Notes under the pieces: model-generated
Told to the model about the DNA's origin: nothing
Databases searched by the model: none
Seen by the model: only the letters and a program-made list of their open reading frames with translations
Shown here: piece after piece, positions 1 to 12,997 of the stretch
Position numbering within the stretch: position 1 is the stretch's first letter
How the letters are laid out: every line of letters starts with the position of its first letter
Program-made: the position numbers and the translations under genes
Assembly (NCBI RefSeq): GCF_020745735.1
Contig: NC_083432.1
Coordinates: 35,612,533 to 35,676,532 of the forward strand
Length of the DNA: 64,000 nt
Direction of reading: 5' to 3'
Source: Hemiscyllium ocellatum
Taxonomy: Eukaryota

Positions 1-740
1 AAACAAGGTCACAAGTCTCTTGACAGGACCTACAAGTAAACATATTGTTCCAGGAGTCAAGCAAAATGTTCTAACCTGTTTTGGCACTGACATGAGCAAA
101 CAATTTGTTTTTATTTCAATTAAGAGGGATCAATTGAAGTGAATATGTTGAGTTTAATTGGAGTTAAGATGGGAAAATCAAACACAATTGCCTCAAGTAG
201 CAAGTACTGGTCCAGATTAAACAATACAAACAGATCTTCTCCTTCTCTTCTTTCCGATTTCTTCCCAGTGCCTTGGTATGTGTCTAAGATTTCCACTGTA
301 CCCAAGTGTTAAGTTGAAGTTAGCACGATCTGCCCACAGGAGTTTGTTTCTTTCATCTACTGTATTATCTGTTACTGGTGTATGGAGCTGTTCTTTCAAG
401 TTAAAATGCTTCTCATGACAGTATTCACCATCCTATAATTCCTAATCAGACTTTTGAACCATGCAATCAGCCATAATAGTCATTTTTATCCTTATTCCAC
501 ACCGTATATCAGCAAGTACCTTAATTAAACATGGTTAAATTAAGAGGCTGGAGAGCCAGACTTCAGATGGCTCACATCTAATTCAAAATAACATCAACAG
601 GGTGGGTTTGTTTCTGGCTGGTAGACTTGAGACCTGTCCCCACATTGTGCCCCTGAGAGTAGAAGGCAATGGCAAACCACCACTGATGAGAACTGCTGAA
701 AACCCAGCCCAGGATGAAGCATCAGTGAACAATAAATTTA

Positions 741-843
741 AGCCAGAAACAGAAACTGTTGGAGAAACTCAACAAGTCTAGCAGCATCTGTGGAAAGAAA
801 GCAGAGTGAACATTTCGGGTCCAGTGACCATTCATTAAACTAG
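741..843 (-). mobile_element. Penelope-like terminal remnant, family 3, degenerate hammerhead (stem II GGGTC-ACTG-GACCC)
   Basis: - strand reads agtt taatgaa tggtc actg gaccc gaaa tgtt cact; related copies at ~2180-2280, ~24130-24233 and ~24775-24870. Confidence 0.5.
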
Positions 844-1339
844 AATCAGAATAAATGTAGGATCTGCATAACAGTGTGCATGAATGAAAAAAAGTCCACA
901 CAGCTTTGAAATTACAGTTATTTGTTTTAAGCATCTAACCCAGAGTTTTCCCATTCTTACAGTGTCCTTATCTGAACGTGGTCCTGTTCCAGAAAACCTG
1001 CTATCACTCAAGGGTAATTATTCCACCAGCTTCATTCCAAAGGAGCAATGTTTACAGCACTGATCTATTGCTTTGCTTATACCAATATAACTTCTAACAT
1101 AGCTCAATCTTCTGTTCATGTTCATGACTTGCTTGCATTTAAAAAAAAAGGTTTACATGGAGACAATGCTTTTTTAGAAGTTTGGTTGAATATTGTTTAA
1201 AATATTCCCTGTCTATTTAAGAGGGAATATTGACATTTCTCAAGATAATCAGGCAGGTTATGTACACATTAATCCTGAATATAACCACAAACCAACAGTT
1301 TGGCTATATATCTAAGTCAAGATCCGACTGATTGTGATG

Positions 1340-1492
1340 GTTGCTAGTTTAACTTGAGGGTCACCATACCTCAGGTGAGGGGAGACGCTGAGAAGGTGCA
1401 ACCTTCATGGTGACCACAACCAGTGTGGGAATTGAATCTATGCTGTTGTTGTTATTCTGCGTCGACAACCAGCCATCCAGCCAACTGAGCTA
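1340..1492 (-). mobile_element. tRNA-derived SINE fragment
   Basis: - strand begins TAGCTCAGTTGG (A box) with ATTCAATTCCC (B-box-like). Confidence 0.5.
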
Positions 1493-4320
1493 GTCTGTTA
1501 AAAGGGTTATGGGGAAAAAGCAGGGAAGTGGAGCTGAGGACTATCAGATCAGCCATGAACTTAATGATTGATGGAGCAGACTTGACAGATGATTGAACTG
1601 CTTCTGCTCCTCTGATCTAAATAGACAGCAGGAAACTAACACCAAACCATAGTTCTTCAGGTTTGATGTGGTGCTGTGTTACAGTGGACAGAATGAGAGT
1701 GACCTGAACCTCCTCAAACCCTAAGTTCTTTCACCAGGAGCAGATTGTTATAATCACAGTTTCTTGCTGGAGATAGTTGTAATCAGCTCTATCATGCATT
1801 GTGCTCACTATTTCTTTCAAAATACCATAAAGTGTATTTGGATGCAGATCAAACAACAGTCAGTTGTAATATTTTATGAGTGCTTTCAGAACTGCAGCAA
1901 TATTAACATTAGCTTCCCAAGTAACTGAGCAGGGGAGGACAATATATGCACTGCGAAATGTGTGTGTCACGGTATTTATTGAATGAGTTACCTAAGAGAA
2001 AGGATAGCTGACATCTAACCACAGTGACTGATACAGAAATGAAAATCAAATCTTTAACAACTTGCATTGTTTTTTTCTGTGATTTTCCAGCATTTTGTGT
2101 TCTTAATTTTAGACTTCCAGCATCTCCTCCCGAAGCTGACGATCCATGACTTTGAATTAGCTGAGGCAATGAGTATTTCAGACACAAACACAGAGAATTC
2201 TGGAGAAACTCAGCAGGTCTGCAGCATCTATGGAGAGAGAGAAACAGAATTAATATTGCGACTCTGGCATGAAGTGTCACTGTGCATTGCAACTCGAGGG
2301 TCTGTTAATTATAGTGGTGGATTTGCATGCTGTATAGCCATAACAGTCCATTCATTTAACTTCCAGAGAAAGACAGATTGCAAACATCTCAAGTAATAAT
2401 GGGATAACTAAATTCTCACATGCATGTATTAATCAAAGTTTCCCCCTTGTTACAAAATAAGGACTCATTAACATTTCACTGACTAGGGACAATGAATGAT
2501 TTTCCCATACTCAGCTTCTTTTTAATCTTGTACAGGTTGTTTATTTGAAAATCATGGACTTCAGTACGTGAAGTTAATGTGTGACAAGCAAAAAGGTAGC
2601 ACTAGGAAAGAACACACAAACCTGTTAAACCTCACATAATATCATAATTCGTACAGATATTTCTTCTGTCAAGTACATCTAATGCATTAGACATTGCATT
2701 AATGCTTCCAATTTATTCCTGAGTAAATTTGGTGCCAGTGCCATATATCAATTACCCCATTGGTGTGTCCTCATGAACAGTGACCACATGCTGACTTCAA
2801 CTTCGCACCATCCTTTTCTCTTTTTGACCTTAACACGTCTATTGGGGTGTTAACCCTGTCAATCCCCTTCTTATTACACAAATCACTTCTCTCCAGACTA
2901 TCTATTCAAGGACTTTACCATTCACCATTACGTACACATCACCTTTGGCTGAAACTACGCTTGTTATTGGCAACATCTGCCTATTTTCAGAGCCTCTCCA
3001 CCCCACCCTCTCACCCCGGTTCTACTAATTTCCAAACTTCTCAAGTAGTATCGTGACATTTAGCTGTTGCCCCTCCTCTTCCTTTGAGCTAGTTAACAAA
3101 ATTTTTAATAAAAGGTTAATGTATTAAATTGTTTCCCTTCTACAGCCTCCTTTGGGAGATTAGCACAGATGGGGCCAGTTTTCCTCAGTAATGGCTTAAA
3201 AACCTCCAGTAGTCTGCACTGGAGATTCCTTTATAGTCACATTTAGTGACTAACATTCCCAACATTCCCAACCAAACATTCCCAACCACAACTTCTTTTC
3301 CTTTCCTTCCTATTGACCAAACTACTTGCTTAAGCTGACTAAAATGATGCATAATCTTGGTTTGCTTTTCAACTTTCAGCTGTAATTGTCAAAACCCAAC
3401 AAAACTTCAGAATGAAATCCCAGGGTAATCTGCCACTTCAACTGGCATTTTAGTCAGGTTAAAGTTAAGCATTTTGCAGTTGGGCTTGGTTAGTGGGATA
3501 ACCTTCAGCAAAAGGAACTTTCATCCATTTTATCCCTTTCTAGTCCGAAACATTTGACTCCTCAGTCCTCAATTACCCCAGCTTAGGCTGTGTCAGTAAT
3601 GAGGTTTCAGAATGAAGATTTTCCTCACTAATATCTTTCATTGAATGAAACGGAAGGGCTGATGAGGAATAGTATTAAATACAAGGAAACAAAATGTCGA
3701 TACCCTCAGCAGGAACCTGGATACTAGAAAAGTGCCTGCATAGCAGAAGCTGATGATCTTCACAGAAGAAGGTGAATTGAGTAGTAATACCAAACATATT
3801 CTCTTTTCTCCCCATAATCTAAAAGGGGCTACTCAAGGAAAGTTGGACATTGACTGTGATCTTGTAATTCATTTTTCCCGATAGATTGTATATCCTTTTG
3901 GTCAATTTCTATTGGATAGGGTTTGTCTATAATTGTTAATATCCTACCAGCAATAAAACTCCCAAGTTTGTGAAATAACTGTTCTTCTGAAAAAAAAGAG
4001 TAATAAGTCTAAATTCATTTGCAATGCTAAAGCATCTGTGAAATTAAGTCTTCCAACCCTGGTATTTCTGAGGAAGCAGGGATCAGTTAGTGGCTGAGAA
4101 GCTCAGGAATGCCAGGAATGTGGATTCCTGTGCTATCAGATTTTATTGGCAGGACCTCATTAGAATGTTTAGATTTCGCTTGTGCTCATAGTTTGATGAC
4201 TGATGGGAAAGCCTGGGGTGGAATGCACCAGTCTGAAACTATGGGGTCTAGTCTTGGTCAATTATGGAGATCAGAGTTGGTGGAGCTTTAGATCATTGGA
4301 TGAAGAGAGATTTTGGAGTA

Positions 4321-4685
4321 CAGTAGCACCTCGACTTACAAACTTAATCCGTTCTGGGACTCAGTTCGCGAACTGAAAAGTTTCGTGAACTGAATCAATT
4401 TTTCCCATTGTTCGGATAGCGTAAGAATGCTTGGACGGCTGTTCACAGCGCACGCGCCAAAGACGAACTGATTGAGATCACGCTGGGCCCGAGAGCTTTT
4501 GCGTTCAACAAGCGCATGGCAAAGCAGAGCAATGAAACGACATGGTCGCTCGCGGGCTTTTTACGTTCGTACCTTCATTCGTATCTTGAACTTCGTACGT
4601 ACTTTGAAGCAAAATTTTATGTACAATCGTGTTTGTAAACCGATTTGTTTGTGAACGGGGTTGTTCGTATGTCAAGGCGCTACTG
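4321..4685. mobile_element. Tc1/mariner (Tigger/pogo-like) MITE, 365 bp
   Basis: TIRs CAGTAGCACCTCGACTTACAAAC / GTTCGTATGTCAAGGCGCTACTG, flanked by TA at 4319-4320 and 4686-4687; no transposase ORF. Confidence 0.85.
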
Positions 4686-4884
4686 TATTTTCAAATTGGG
4701 GGTGGGCTTGGATCACAGCAGTGGGCCCACACTGCATCCAATAGAAAATGAGGTTGGGAGAATGCAATGTGGATTTGGATCACTGTGTGGACTCAAGTCA
4801 TGGAAAAGCTTCATGGGAGATTGCAGGGTGGGCTGATTCAGTGTGGTGGGCTCAGATTCTGGAGGGTTGGATGAACAATTGTGG

Positions 4885-5036
4885 TGAAGAGTGTAGTGAT
4901 GGAAAAGCACAGCAGGTTAGGGAGCATCTGAGGAGCAAGAAAATTGATGTTTCAGGCAAAAGCCCTTCATCAGGAATGAACGTTTCCAGCACCACACTCT
5001 TGGCTCTAATCTCCAGCATCGGCAGTCCTCACTTTT
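4885..5036. mobile_element. Penelope-like fold-back remnant, family 1
   Basis: Inverted arms homologous to 6298-6511; degenerate hammerhead core on - at ~4945-4975. Confidence 0.7.
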
Positions 5037-5780
5037 GCCTGAATTATTGTGGTATTGGGAGATCAGTATCTGGTGGGTAGATAGAATTGGACACATTTGT
5101 TTGGGGTGGGGTGGGGTCAATGGCGGTGAGGAAAGAAGCACTCTTGTTCCTCCTGGACTCCCAAGAAGTGCTTGAAAAGGCACCTACCCACTGGAGATTC
5201 CCTCATCCCATCAGCTGCTGAGATGTTTTGAATTCTGGGAGTCCGTGCCTGCAATCATTAATTCTAGATCATGCACACCAGCCTCACTTCTATATTCTAA
5301 CTACTGGTCTGCCTTTGCAGAAAGAGTTAGTTGTTGAACATCAAGCCCACTGCAGTGGTACTGGAAGTTGAAAGCAACTTGGGATCAGAATTAACATTGG
5401 TCAAATTTAGACACGCCTTTCCCAAGCCCTTCTCCTTCCCAACCCTTTCCTGGCCTTCAGTATTGTGGAGTTAAAATGACTTTACATACCAGCAACTCTA
5501 AAAGCCTCAGTGCAAGAAGGTAATTTGAAAATAACTCACTCGATTTTTTGAAATACGGTTTTCCTAATGGATTAGTGCTGTTGCAGAAATCATGTTCTGG
5601 AAAGCAATGTTGCAAAATTTAACAAGTTGATTATTGGTCAACCTTTTTTTTAATCATTCACTGGATGTGGGCACGGCAGGTTCATCCAGCAATTATTGCC
5701 CATTCCTAGTTACTTTTGGGAAGGTTGTGTGAGCTGCCTTCTTGAACTGCTACAGTCCATGTTCTGTAGGTTGACCTAAT

Positions 5781-5881
5781 ATGTGGAGGTGCCGGTGTTG
5801 GATTGGGGTGGACAAAGTTAAAAATCACACAACACCAGGTTGAACCTGTTGGACTATAACCTGGTGTTGTGTGATTTTTAG
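5781..5881. mobile_element. Penelope-like fold-back remnant, family 2
   Basis: AAAAATCACACAACACCAGGTT ... AACCTGGTGTTGTGTGATTTTT; homologues at ~24237-24320, ~45955-46070, ~46310-46460 and 60430-60566. Confidence 0.6.
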
Positions 5882-6297
5882 CCGTGTCTCACAACGCCAT
5901 TAGGGAGGGGATTCCAGGATTTTGACCCAGCGACAGTGAAGGAACGGTGATATATTTGTCAGGATGGTGAGTGGCTTAGAGGAGATCTCGTGGGTGGTAA
6001 ATGTTCCCATATATCTGCTGACCTTGTCCTTCAAGATGATGTGTGGTCATGGGTTTGAAAGTTTTAAGGAATTTTATTGAATTTTTGCAGTTCATCTTGT
6101 AGATGATACACACTGCTGCTACTGAATGCTGGTGGTAGTGGAGCTAGTGAATGCTTGCTGGTGTGATGCCAATCAAATGTGTTGCTTTCCTCTGTATCAT
6201 GTCAAGCTTCTTGAGTGCTTTTGGAGCTGAACTCTTCCAGGCAAGTGGGGAGTATCCCATCACCTTCCTGACTTGAGCTTTGTAGATGGTGGACAGG

Positions 6298-6511
6298 GTA
6301 AAAAATGAGGTCTGCAGATGCTGGAGATCACAGCTGAAAATGTGTTGCTGGTTAAAGCACAGCAGGTTAGGCAGCATCCAAGGAATAGGAAATTCGACGT
6401 TTCGGGCATAAGCCCTTCATCCTGATGAAGGGCTTATGCCCGAAACGTCGAATTTCCTATTCCTTGGATGCTGCCTAACCTGCTGTGCTTTAACCAGCAA
6501 CACATTTTCAG
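6298..6511. mobile_element. Young Penelope-like fold-back insertion with perfect 88-bp inverted arms and TSD
   Basis: Arms 6334-6421 and 6424-6511; TSD AGATGGTGGACAGG at 6284-6297 and 6510-6523. Confidence 0.85.
6420..6453 (+). ncRNA. Minimal type I hammerhead ribozyme motif
   Basis: CUGAUGA-A-GGGC(UUAU)GCCC-GAAA-CG-UC|GAAU; intact core, palindromic helix III (ACGU), predicted cleavage after C6449; stem I only 2 bp in this copy. Confidence 0.65.
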
Positions 6512-7289
6512 ATGGTGGACAGGCTTTGGGGAGTCAGGAAGTGACTCTTTGCACGATTCCCAGCCTCTGACCTTCTGTCGTAACCACAGTATTTATATAA
6601 TTAGTTCAGTTTCTAGACAAGTGTAAATCATGTGAATTGGAAACCATTTCTCTCAGTTTGCTTGCTTGGAAGTAGATAAAACAAATACACATTATCGTCA
6701 CGTGCTATCAGAGTAGTGTCATTGTGACAGAAATTAATGCATTAATTTGTTACCTTTCCTCCCCATGGAGGCGCTCAGAATTTTGAAGTCGAGTGGGGAA
6801 ATACAGCTAACTATTAAGTGAAACCTTAAACCTATGAAGATACCTTAGATGCCTCCAGTTCCTTTAAATTCCTTTAGAGTGAAATATACTGCCACTGTCA
6901 TATTGATACGAATGTTGGATATCTGTACAAAACTGGTAATTCAAGTAAGGAGGTTACTGAGCATGCTGGACACAAAGTGTCAAATGTTCTCCTCATGCCC
7001 CTTTGCCGGTAATTCCATCCTCAATATGGCTTACTTTTCCAGGAAATGCAAGGCTCTTAACAAACTTGCACGATACCATGTGTAAAAATAATTTGAGATA
7101 CACATCCAGCTTATCTGTTGAATCCTCCATGATGTATCACCTTCAATAGCTCTACAATATATGGTTAGGATGCTATTACTACTGGCTTGCAATAAAAAAA
7201 AACTAAATCATTATTAATCTGTAAATTAACTTTTTCTAAAGAGTTAATTACTTTGGTTCTCACTCGGTCAAGAATTGGCTTTTGTCCTC

Positions 7290-7630
7290 CATTAGGACAT
7301 AAAACATTTTTTGAGAGTCGGACAGAGTGGATGTTGAGAGGCTGGCTGTAGAATCTCGATCTAGGGATCATAATTTAAGGAGAAAGGTCAACCATTAAAG
7401 ATTAAGATGAGGAGAAATTTCTTTGCTTGGCTGTGAATCTTTGAATTTCTCTTCTGGATAGAGCTGTGGATGTTCAATGTTTGAACATATTTGAAACAGA
7501 GATCAGTAGATGTTTGGGCACTGAGGGAAATATGGACAGGATAGAGAGGTGACTTTGAGGTGGAAGATTGGAAATTATCTTTTTAAATGCAGCGGGCTGT
7601 ATGGACTTTTTCCACCCCTATTTCTTATTA
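7290..7630 (+). mobile_element. Degraded CR1-type LINE 3' end
   Basis: Similar to the CR1 3' region at 53950-54275. Confidence 0.55.
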
Positions 7631-8087
7631 GTTCATGCAGGCACTCCAAGGCATGCCAAAGTTTGTTAAATTAATGACTGATAAGTAGGAAAAAGCAGTG
7701 GACAGCATTTTAATGAGTAACTTATGCCTCATATAAATGTACGATAAGCTTTAATGATTTTGCCAGTAGTCTTTTATTGGAATTAAGGTGAAAACAATGC
7801 AAATCCATGAATAGTAAGTACTAAAAACTATTTAGTGAGTTCAGTTAAATCCACATATATTATCTTTTGCAAGTTACCATTCACCAAATCTCAACAGGGA
7901 GACACTTATCAGTGATCTTCTGAAGCAGAATGGATAAAGAGTGAACTTGGAAATGTTCTAATTTGAAAAATCATTACTAAATGTGTGATCATGATGGTTA
8001 GTATGTGATTTAAATTTAAATTGTTCTGCAGTGACAACTAGAAAGATGTGTTACAGAATTAAGAAATATAATCAAAAAGTTCATAAC

Positions 8088-8632
8088 TGACCTCCTAACA
8101 TCCAAATCTATCGACCATTTACAAGGCACAAGTCAGGAGTGTGATGGAATACTCCCCACTTGCCTGGATGGGTGCAGTACCAACAACACTCAAGAAGTCT
8201 GACACCAGCCAGAGCAAAGCAACCACATCTATAAACATTCAATCCCTCCACCACCAGCGCTCAGTAGCAGCAATGTGTACTATCTACAAGATGCACTGCA
8301 GAAGTTCGTCAAAGGTCCTTAGGCCGCTCCTTCCAAATCCATGACCACTTCCAGCTATAAGGACGAGGGCAGCAGATACTTGGGAACACCACCACCTGCA
8401 CATTCCCCTCCAAGCCACTTACCACCCTGACTTGGAAATGTACTGCCGTCCCTTCGCAGTCGTTGGGTCAAAATCCTGGAATTCCCTCCCTACTGGCATT
8501 GTGGGTCAATCCACGGCAAGTGGACTGCAGCAATTCAAGAAAGCAGCTCCCCACCATCTTTTCAAGGGCAAATAGGGATGGGCCATCAATGCTGGCCAGT
8601 TAGTAATGCCCAAATCCCACAAATGAATTTGA
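8088..8632 (+). mobile_element. Non-LTR retrotransposon 3' fragment (YKAQVR type)
   Basis: YKAQVRSVMEYSPLAWMGAVPTTLKK...; 3' tail shared with the SINEs at 20715 and 31480. Confidence 0.75.
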
Positions 8633-8869
8633 AATAATTGTCACTAAATAGATGTGACAAAAAACCCACATTTTAAATAGTTCATCATGTGCTAAAACAT
8701 TATCATACCATATGACAAGATACAATTAATGTTTGGAAATATAAATCCTCTGAAAAAACTAAAATGTTCAATTACTTAGTAGAAATGATTAGTTGAACAT
8801 TGTAGTCATGAATATTGTGGAATTAAAAGACAAAGACTTCAGATGGATTAAGTGGCCTTTCCTTATAAT

Positions 8870-11600
8870 GGTCACAAGGATAACTATGTCAGGCAGGCTC
8901 CTACTTATTGATCACAGCTCTGCTTTGAACACCATAATTCCAAATAAGCCCACCGCCAAACTCTGGGACACGGGTCTCTGCTCCCCTCCCCCTCCCCCCC
9001 GTCCCAACTCTGTAAGTAGATTCTCGACTTTCTGACCAACAGACTGGAGTCAGTAAGGATAAGTGACAATACCTCCTCCACGATAATCCTCAGCACCAGT
9101 GCCTTGCAAGGCCGCATACTCAGCTCCTTACTATACACCTTATATACACACGACTCTGTGAACAAATTCTTTCAATTTACAAGTTTGCTGACGATACCAA
9201 CTTTGTAGGTCAGAACTCAAACAACCGGAGTTCAGGAAGGAGATAGAGTGCTTGACAGCATGGTGTAAAGACATCAATCTCTACATTGATGTCAGCAAAA
9301 TGACAGAAGTATTCACTGACTTCTGAAAGTGGAGTGGAGGGCACACCCCTGTCTGTATCGATGGTGCTGAGGTGGAGATGGTCAAGAGTGTCATGTTCCT
9401 GAGAGTGATGATCACCAACGATCTGTCCTGGTCCACTCACATTGACCCTACAGTTAAGAAAGCACAGCAATGCCTCTACCTCCTCAGAATGCTGGGGCAT
9501 TTCAGAATGTCCACAAGGATTCTTACACATAGAGTCATAGAGTCATAGAGATGTACAACATGGAAACAGACCCTTCGGTCCAACCCGTCCATGCGAACCA
9601 GATATCCCAACCCACCTGCCAGCACCTGGCCCATATCCATCCATAACCTTCCTATTCATATACCCATTCAAATGCCTCTTAAATGTTGCAATTGTACCAG
9701 CCTCCACCACATCCTCTGGCAGCTCATTCCATACACGTACCACCCTCTGTGTGAAAACGTTGTCCCTTAGGTCTCTTTTATATATTTCCTCTCTCACCCT
9801 AATCCTATGCCCTCTAGTTCTGGACTCTAGGGATCCCAGGGAAAAGGCTTTGTCTATTTATCCTATCCATGCCCCTCATAATTTTGTAAATCTCTATATG
9901 GTCACTCCTCAGCCTCCGACGCTGCAGGGAAAACAGCCCCAGCCTGTTCAGCCTCTCCTTATAGCTCAAATCCTCCAACCCTGGCAATATCCTTGTTAAT
10001 CTTTTCTGAACCCTTTCAAGTTTCACAACATCTTTCAGATTGGAAGGAGACCAGAATTGCACGCAATATTCCAACAGTGGCCTAATCAATATCCTGTACA
10101 GCCACAACATGACCTCCCAACTCCTGTACTCAGTACCTCTGACCAATAAAGGAAACTAACCAAATGCCTTCTTCACTATCCCATCTACCTGCGACTCCAC
10201 TTTCAAGGAGTTATGAACCTGCACTCCAAGGTCTCTTTGTTCAGCAACACTCCCTAGGACCTTACCATTAAGTGTACAAGTCCTGCTAACATTTGCTTTC
10301 CCAAAATGCAGCACCTCGCATTTATCTGAATAAAACTCCATCTGCCACTTAGCCCATTGGCCCATCTGGTCCAGATCCTGTTGTAATCTGAGGTAACCCT
10401 CTTTGCTGTCCACTACACCTCCAATTTTGGTGTCATCTGCAAACTTACTAACTGTACCTCTTATGCCCGCATCCAAATCATTTATGTAAATGACAAAACG
10501 TAGAGGGCCCAGCACCAATCCTTGTGGCACTCTGCTTGTCACAGGCCTCCAGTCTGAAAAACAACCCTCCACCACCACCCTCTGTCTTCTACTTTTGAGC
10601 CAGTTCTGTATCCAAATGGCTAGTTCTCCCTATATTCCATGAGATCTAACCATGAGATCAGTCTCCCATGGGGAACATTGTCGAAAGCCTTACTGAAGTC
10701 CATACAGATCACATCTACTGCTCTGCCCTCATTAATCTTCTTTGTTATTTCTTCAAAAAACTCAATCAAGTTTGTGAAACATGATTTCCCACGCACAAAG
10801 CCATGTTGACTATCCTTAATCAGTCCTTGCCTTTCCAAATACATGCACATCCTGTCCCTCAGGATTCCCTCCAACAACTTGCCCACCAGTGAGGTCAGGC
10901 TCACTGGTCTATAATTCCCTGGCTTGTCTTTACCACCCTTCTTAAACAGTGGCACCATGTTTGCCAACCTCCAGTCGTTCGTCACCTCACCTGTGACTAT
11001 TGATGATGCAAATATCTCAGCAAGAGGCCCAGCAGTCGCTCCTTTAGTTTCTCACAGAGTTTGCGTGTTCACTGATCAGGTCCTAGGGATTTATCCACCT
11101 TTTACTGTTTCAAGACATCCTTATAGATTCACCATAGAAGGCATCCTATCTCAATGCATCACAGTGTGGTATGGCAATTGTTATTCCCAAGACTGAAAGA
11201 AACTACAGAGTTGTGAAGACAGCCCTGTCCATCACGCAAACCAGCCTCCCATAAATTGACTCCATCTCCATTTCCCACAGCATCAGGAAAGCAACCAACA
11301 TAATCAAAGACTCCTCCCACCCTGGTTATACTCTCTTTCAAACTCTTCCACCAGGCAGTAGATATAAAAGTTTATATACACATACAAACTGATTCAAGAA
11401 CAGTTATCAGACTTTTGAATGGATCTCTTTAATGTTAATGTTGATCTTTCTCTTAAACTTCTCAGCAGCTGTAGTATTGTATCCCACACTCTGTTTTGTT
11501 ACCCTAATGCACTATATAGTATGATCTGCCTGTAAAGCATCTAAGATAACATTTTTCACTGTACCTCAGTACATATGATAATAAATCAAATCAAATCAAA
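8870..11600 (+). mobile_element. Rex1/Babar-like LINE 3' portion, split by a CR1 insertion
   Basis: LLLIDHSSALNTIIP, KFADDT, KKAQQCLYLL, then YRFTIEGILSQCITVWYGNC after 11121; ends AATAAATCAAATCAAATC. Confidence 0.75.
9528..11120 (-). mobile_element. 5'-truncated CR1/HER1-like LINE (RT and 3' UTR)
   Basis: [28 protein letters not shown]; (CATAGAGT)n tail at 9528; same subfamily as 34243-38661. Confidence 0.9.
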
Positions 11601-12997
11601 AATCACTGGTTTATGACTGAACCAGTTTTTTTTATGCATCTTGATATTATTAAAAAACTACCCTTTATCAGCTGAATATGAAAAATTATTTTACTTGATT
11701 TTGCATTTATTCTGTGGATTTGGGTGTTGCCAGCATTTATTGTTCACTTCTAGTTGTCCTTGAGAATGGAATGGTGAGTCTTCAATAGGAACAAGTGTAG
11801 TTTATTCAGTCCCTCAACTCTATTCCACCAATTAACTGGCTCATAGGCTGATTAATATCTTAATTCCACCTACCACCTTCCATAACCTTTAATAATTGCT
11901 GAAGAAAAATCTGTCCATTAGTTTTGCAATTATCATGTGTGTTTGCTTCAACAGCCTTTCTGAGAAGAATTCTAAATTTCTAAAACAGTGTTTGTGGTGC
12001 CAATGAGATCAATATTTTGTTACATTTCTGACCATAACTGTTAGTAGAATGTAATTGTTTGTAAAGTTATGATTGTTTTAAGCTTAACTGTGACTACATT
12101 TCAGCAGAACTCTCATTACAATTTTCAGTGGTAAGCTTATATTCACCATGATATAAAATTGTACTCTCGAGTGTCTGCTCAAAACAGCATCCAGTTAAAT
12201 ATTGGATTGCACAGATACAAATTAGAACTTTGACATTATGTGAAGTATTTTCAAATAACAATTTCATGATTTAATTAACCATCCAAGTTTGAATGATTAA
12301 CCAATTAATCATTGATTGAGGGAGTCACCTTGTCTATATAACTCATAAACAATTGGTGAAATAATAGTTTCATTGATTAGCTGGAGAGCAAAATATAGAT
12401 TTCCACAATGCAGGCAAATTGCCAATTAGATAAAATGAGCAGTTTAGAAATATTTATTTTTATTTAGATTTTTGAGCTGGAATATTGAGTATATAATAAG
12501 ACTGCCACTATGTTCATTTAAGGGGAGTATTTAATCCCTTTAATCTGTATGGAGAGTTCAAAATATACATTTGAAATGCAATTCTTCAAAAGTGAAAGGC
12601 AATTTTAAATTCTTGGTCTCGATTAAATATATAGTTGATCTGATACAAAGTACACTTAAACCCCAATAAAATATCTGTTTCTCAATTAAGGTTATGTTCC
12701 GGTCAGAGTTATTTGTGGATTTTGATTTATTAGTGGCATATCATATAACCTGATATTTTCACAATGCATTCTAATCAGAAGGTAGTTTCTAATTTAGTTG
12801 CAGACTTCTGAGAAATGATGGGCAAGTTGTTTCCATTCTTATTTCCCCCACAATTGGCCATAACTCTGACAATTTTGCATTTCACATAGAGGGCTGAACC
12901 ACTCAGTCAAGGTGTTTGTATTGATTCTAAAGTACATCTTGTCTAAGACCATTATGAATTGATACCATTACTCAAGGAAATGCAGTAATCTCATCTG

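Larger units (their letters stand above)
5645..6620 (-). mobile_element. Non-LTR retrotransposon 3' fragment (CR1/L2-group-like, YKAQVR type) interrupted by two Penelope-like insertions
   Basis: Translates YKAQVRKVMGYSPLAW...KKLDMIQRKA; homologous to 8088-8632 and 54365-54930. Confidence 0.7.

Noticed and set aside
3251-3290. Short AACATTCCC repeats as a functional array
   Set aside because: Three irregular copies consistent with slippage; no spacers, not CRISPR-like.
1-4300. Possible exons of a neighbouring gene (AG/GT-bounded segments at ~303-432 on -, ~964-1012 on +, and an acceptor near 30 on -)
   Set aside because: No recognisable protein similarity and no consistent exon chain; needs RNA-seq or tBLASTn.
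6334-6511. miRNA precursor or DNA-transposon MITE
   Set aside because: The arms match the terminus of a GIY-YIG-bearing Penelope-like element, the ends are asymmetric and TSD lengths vary (11-14 bp).
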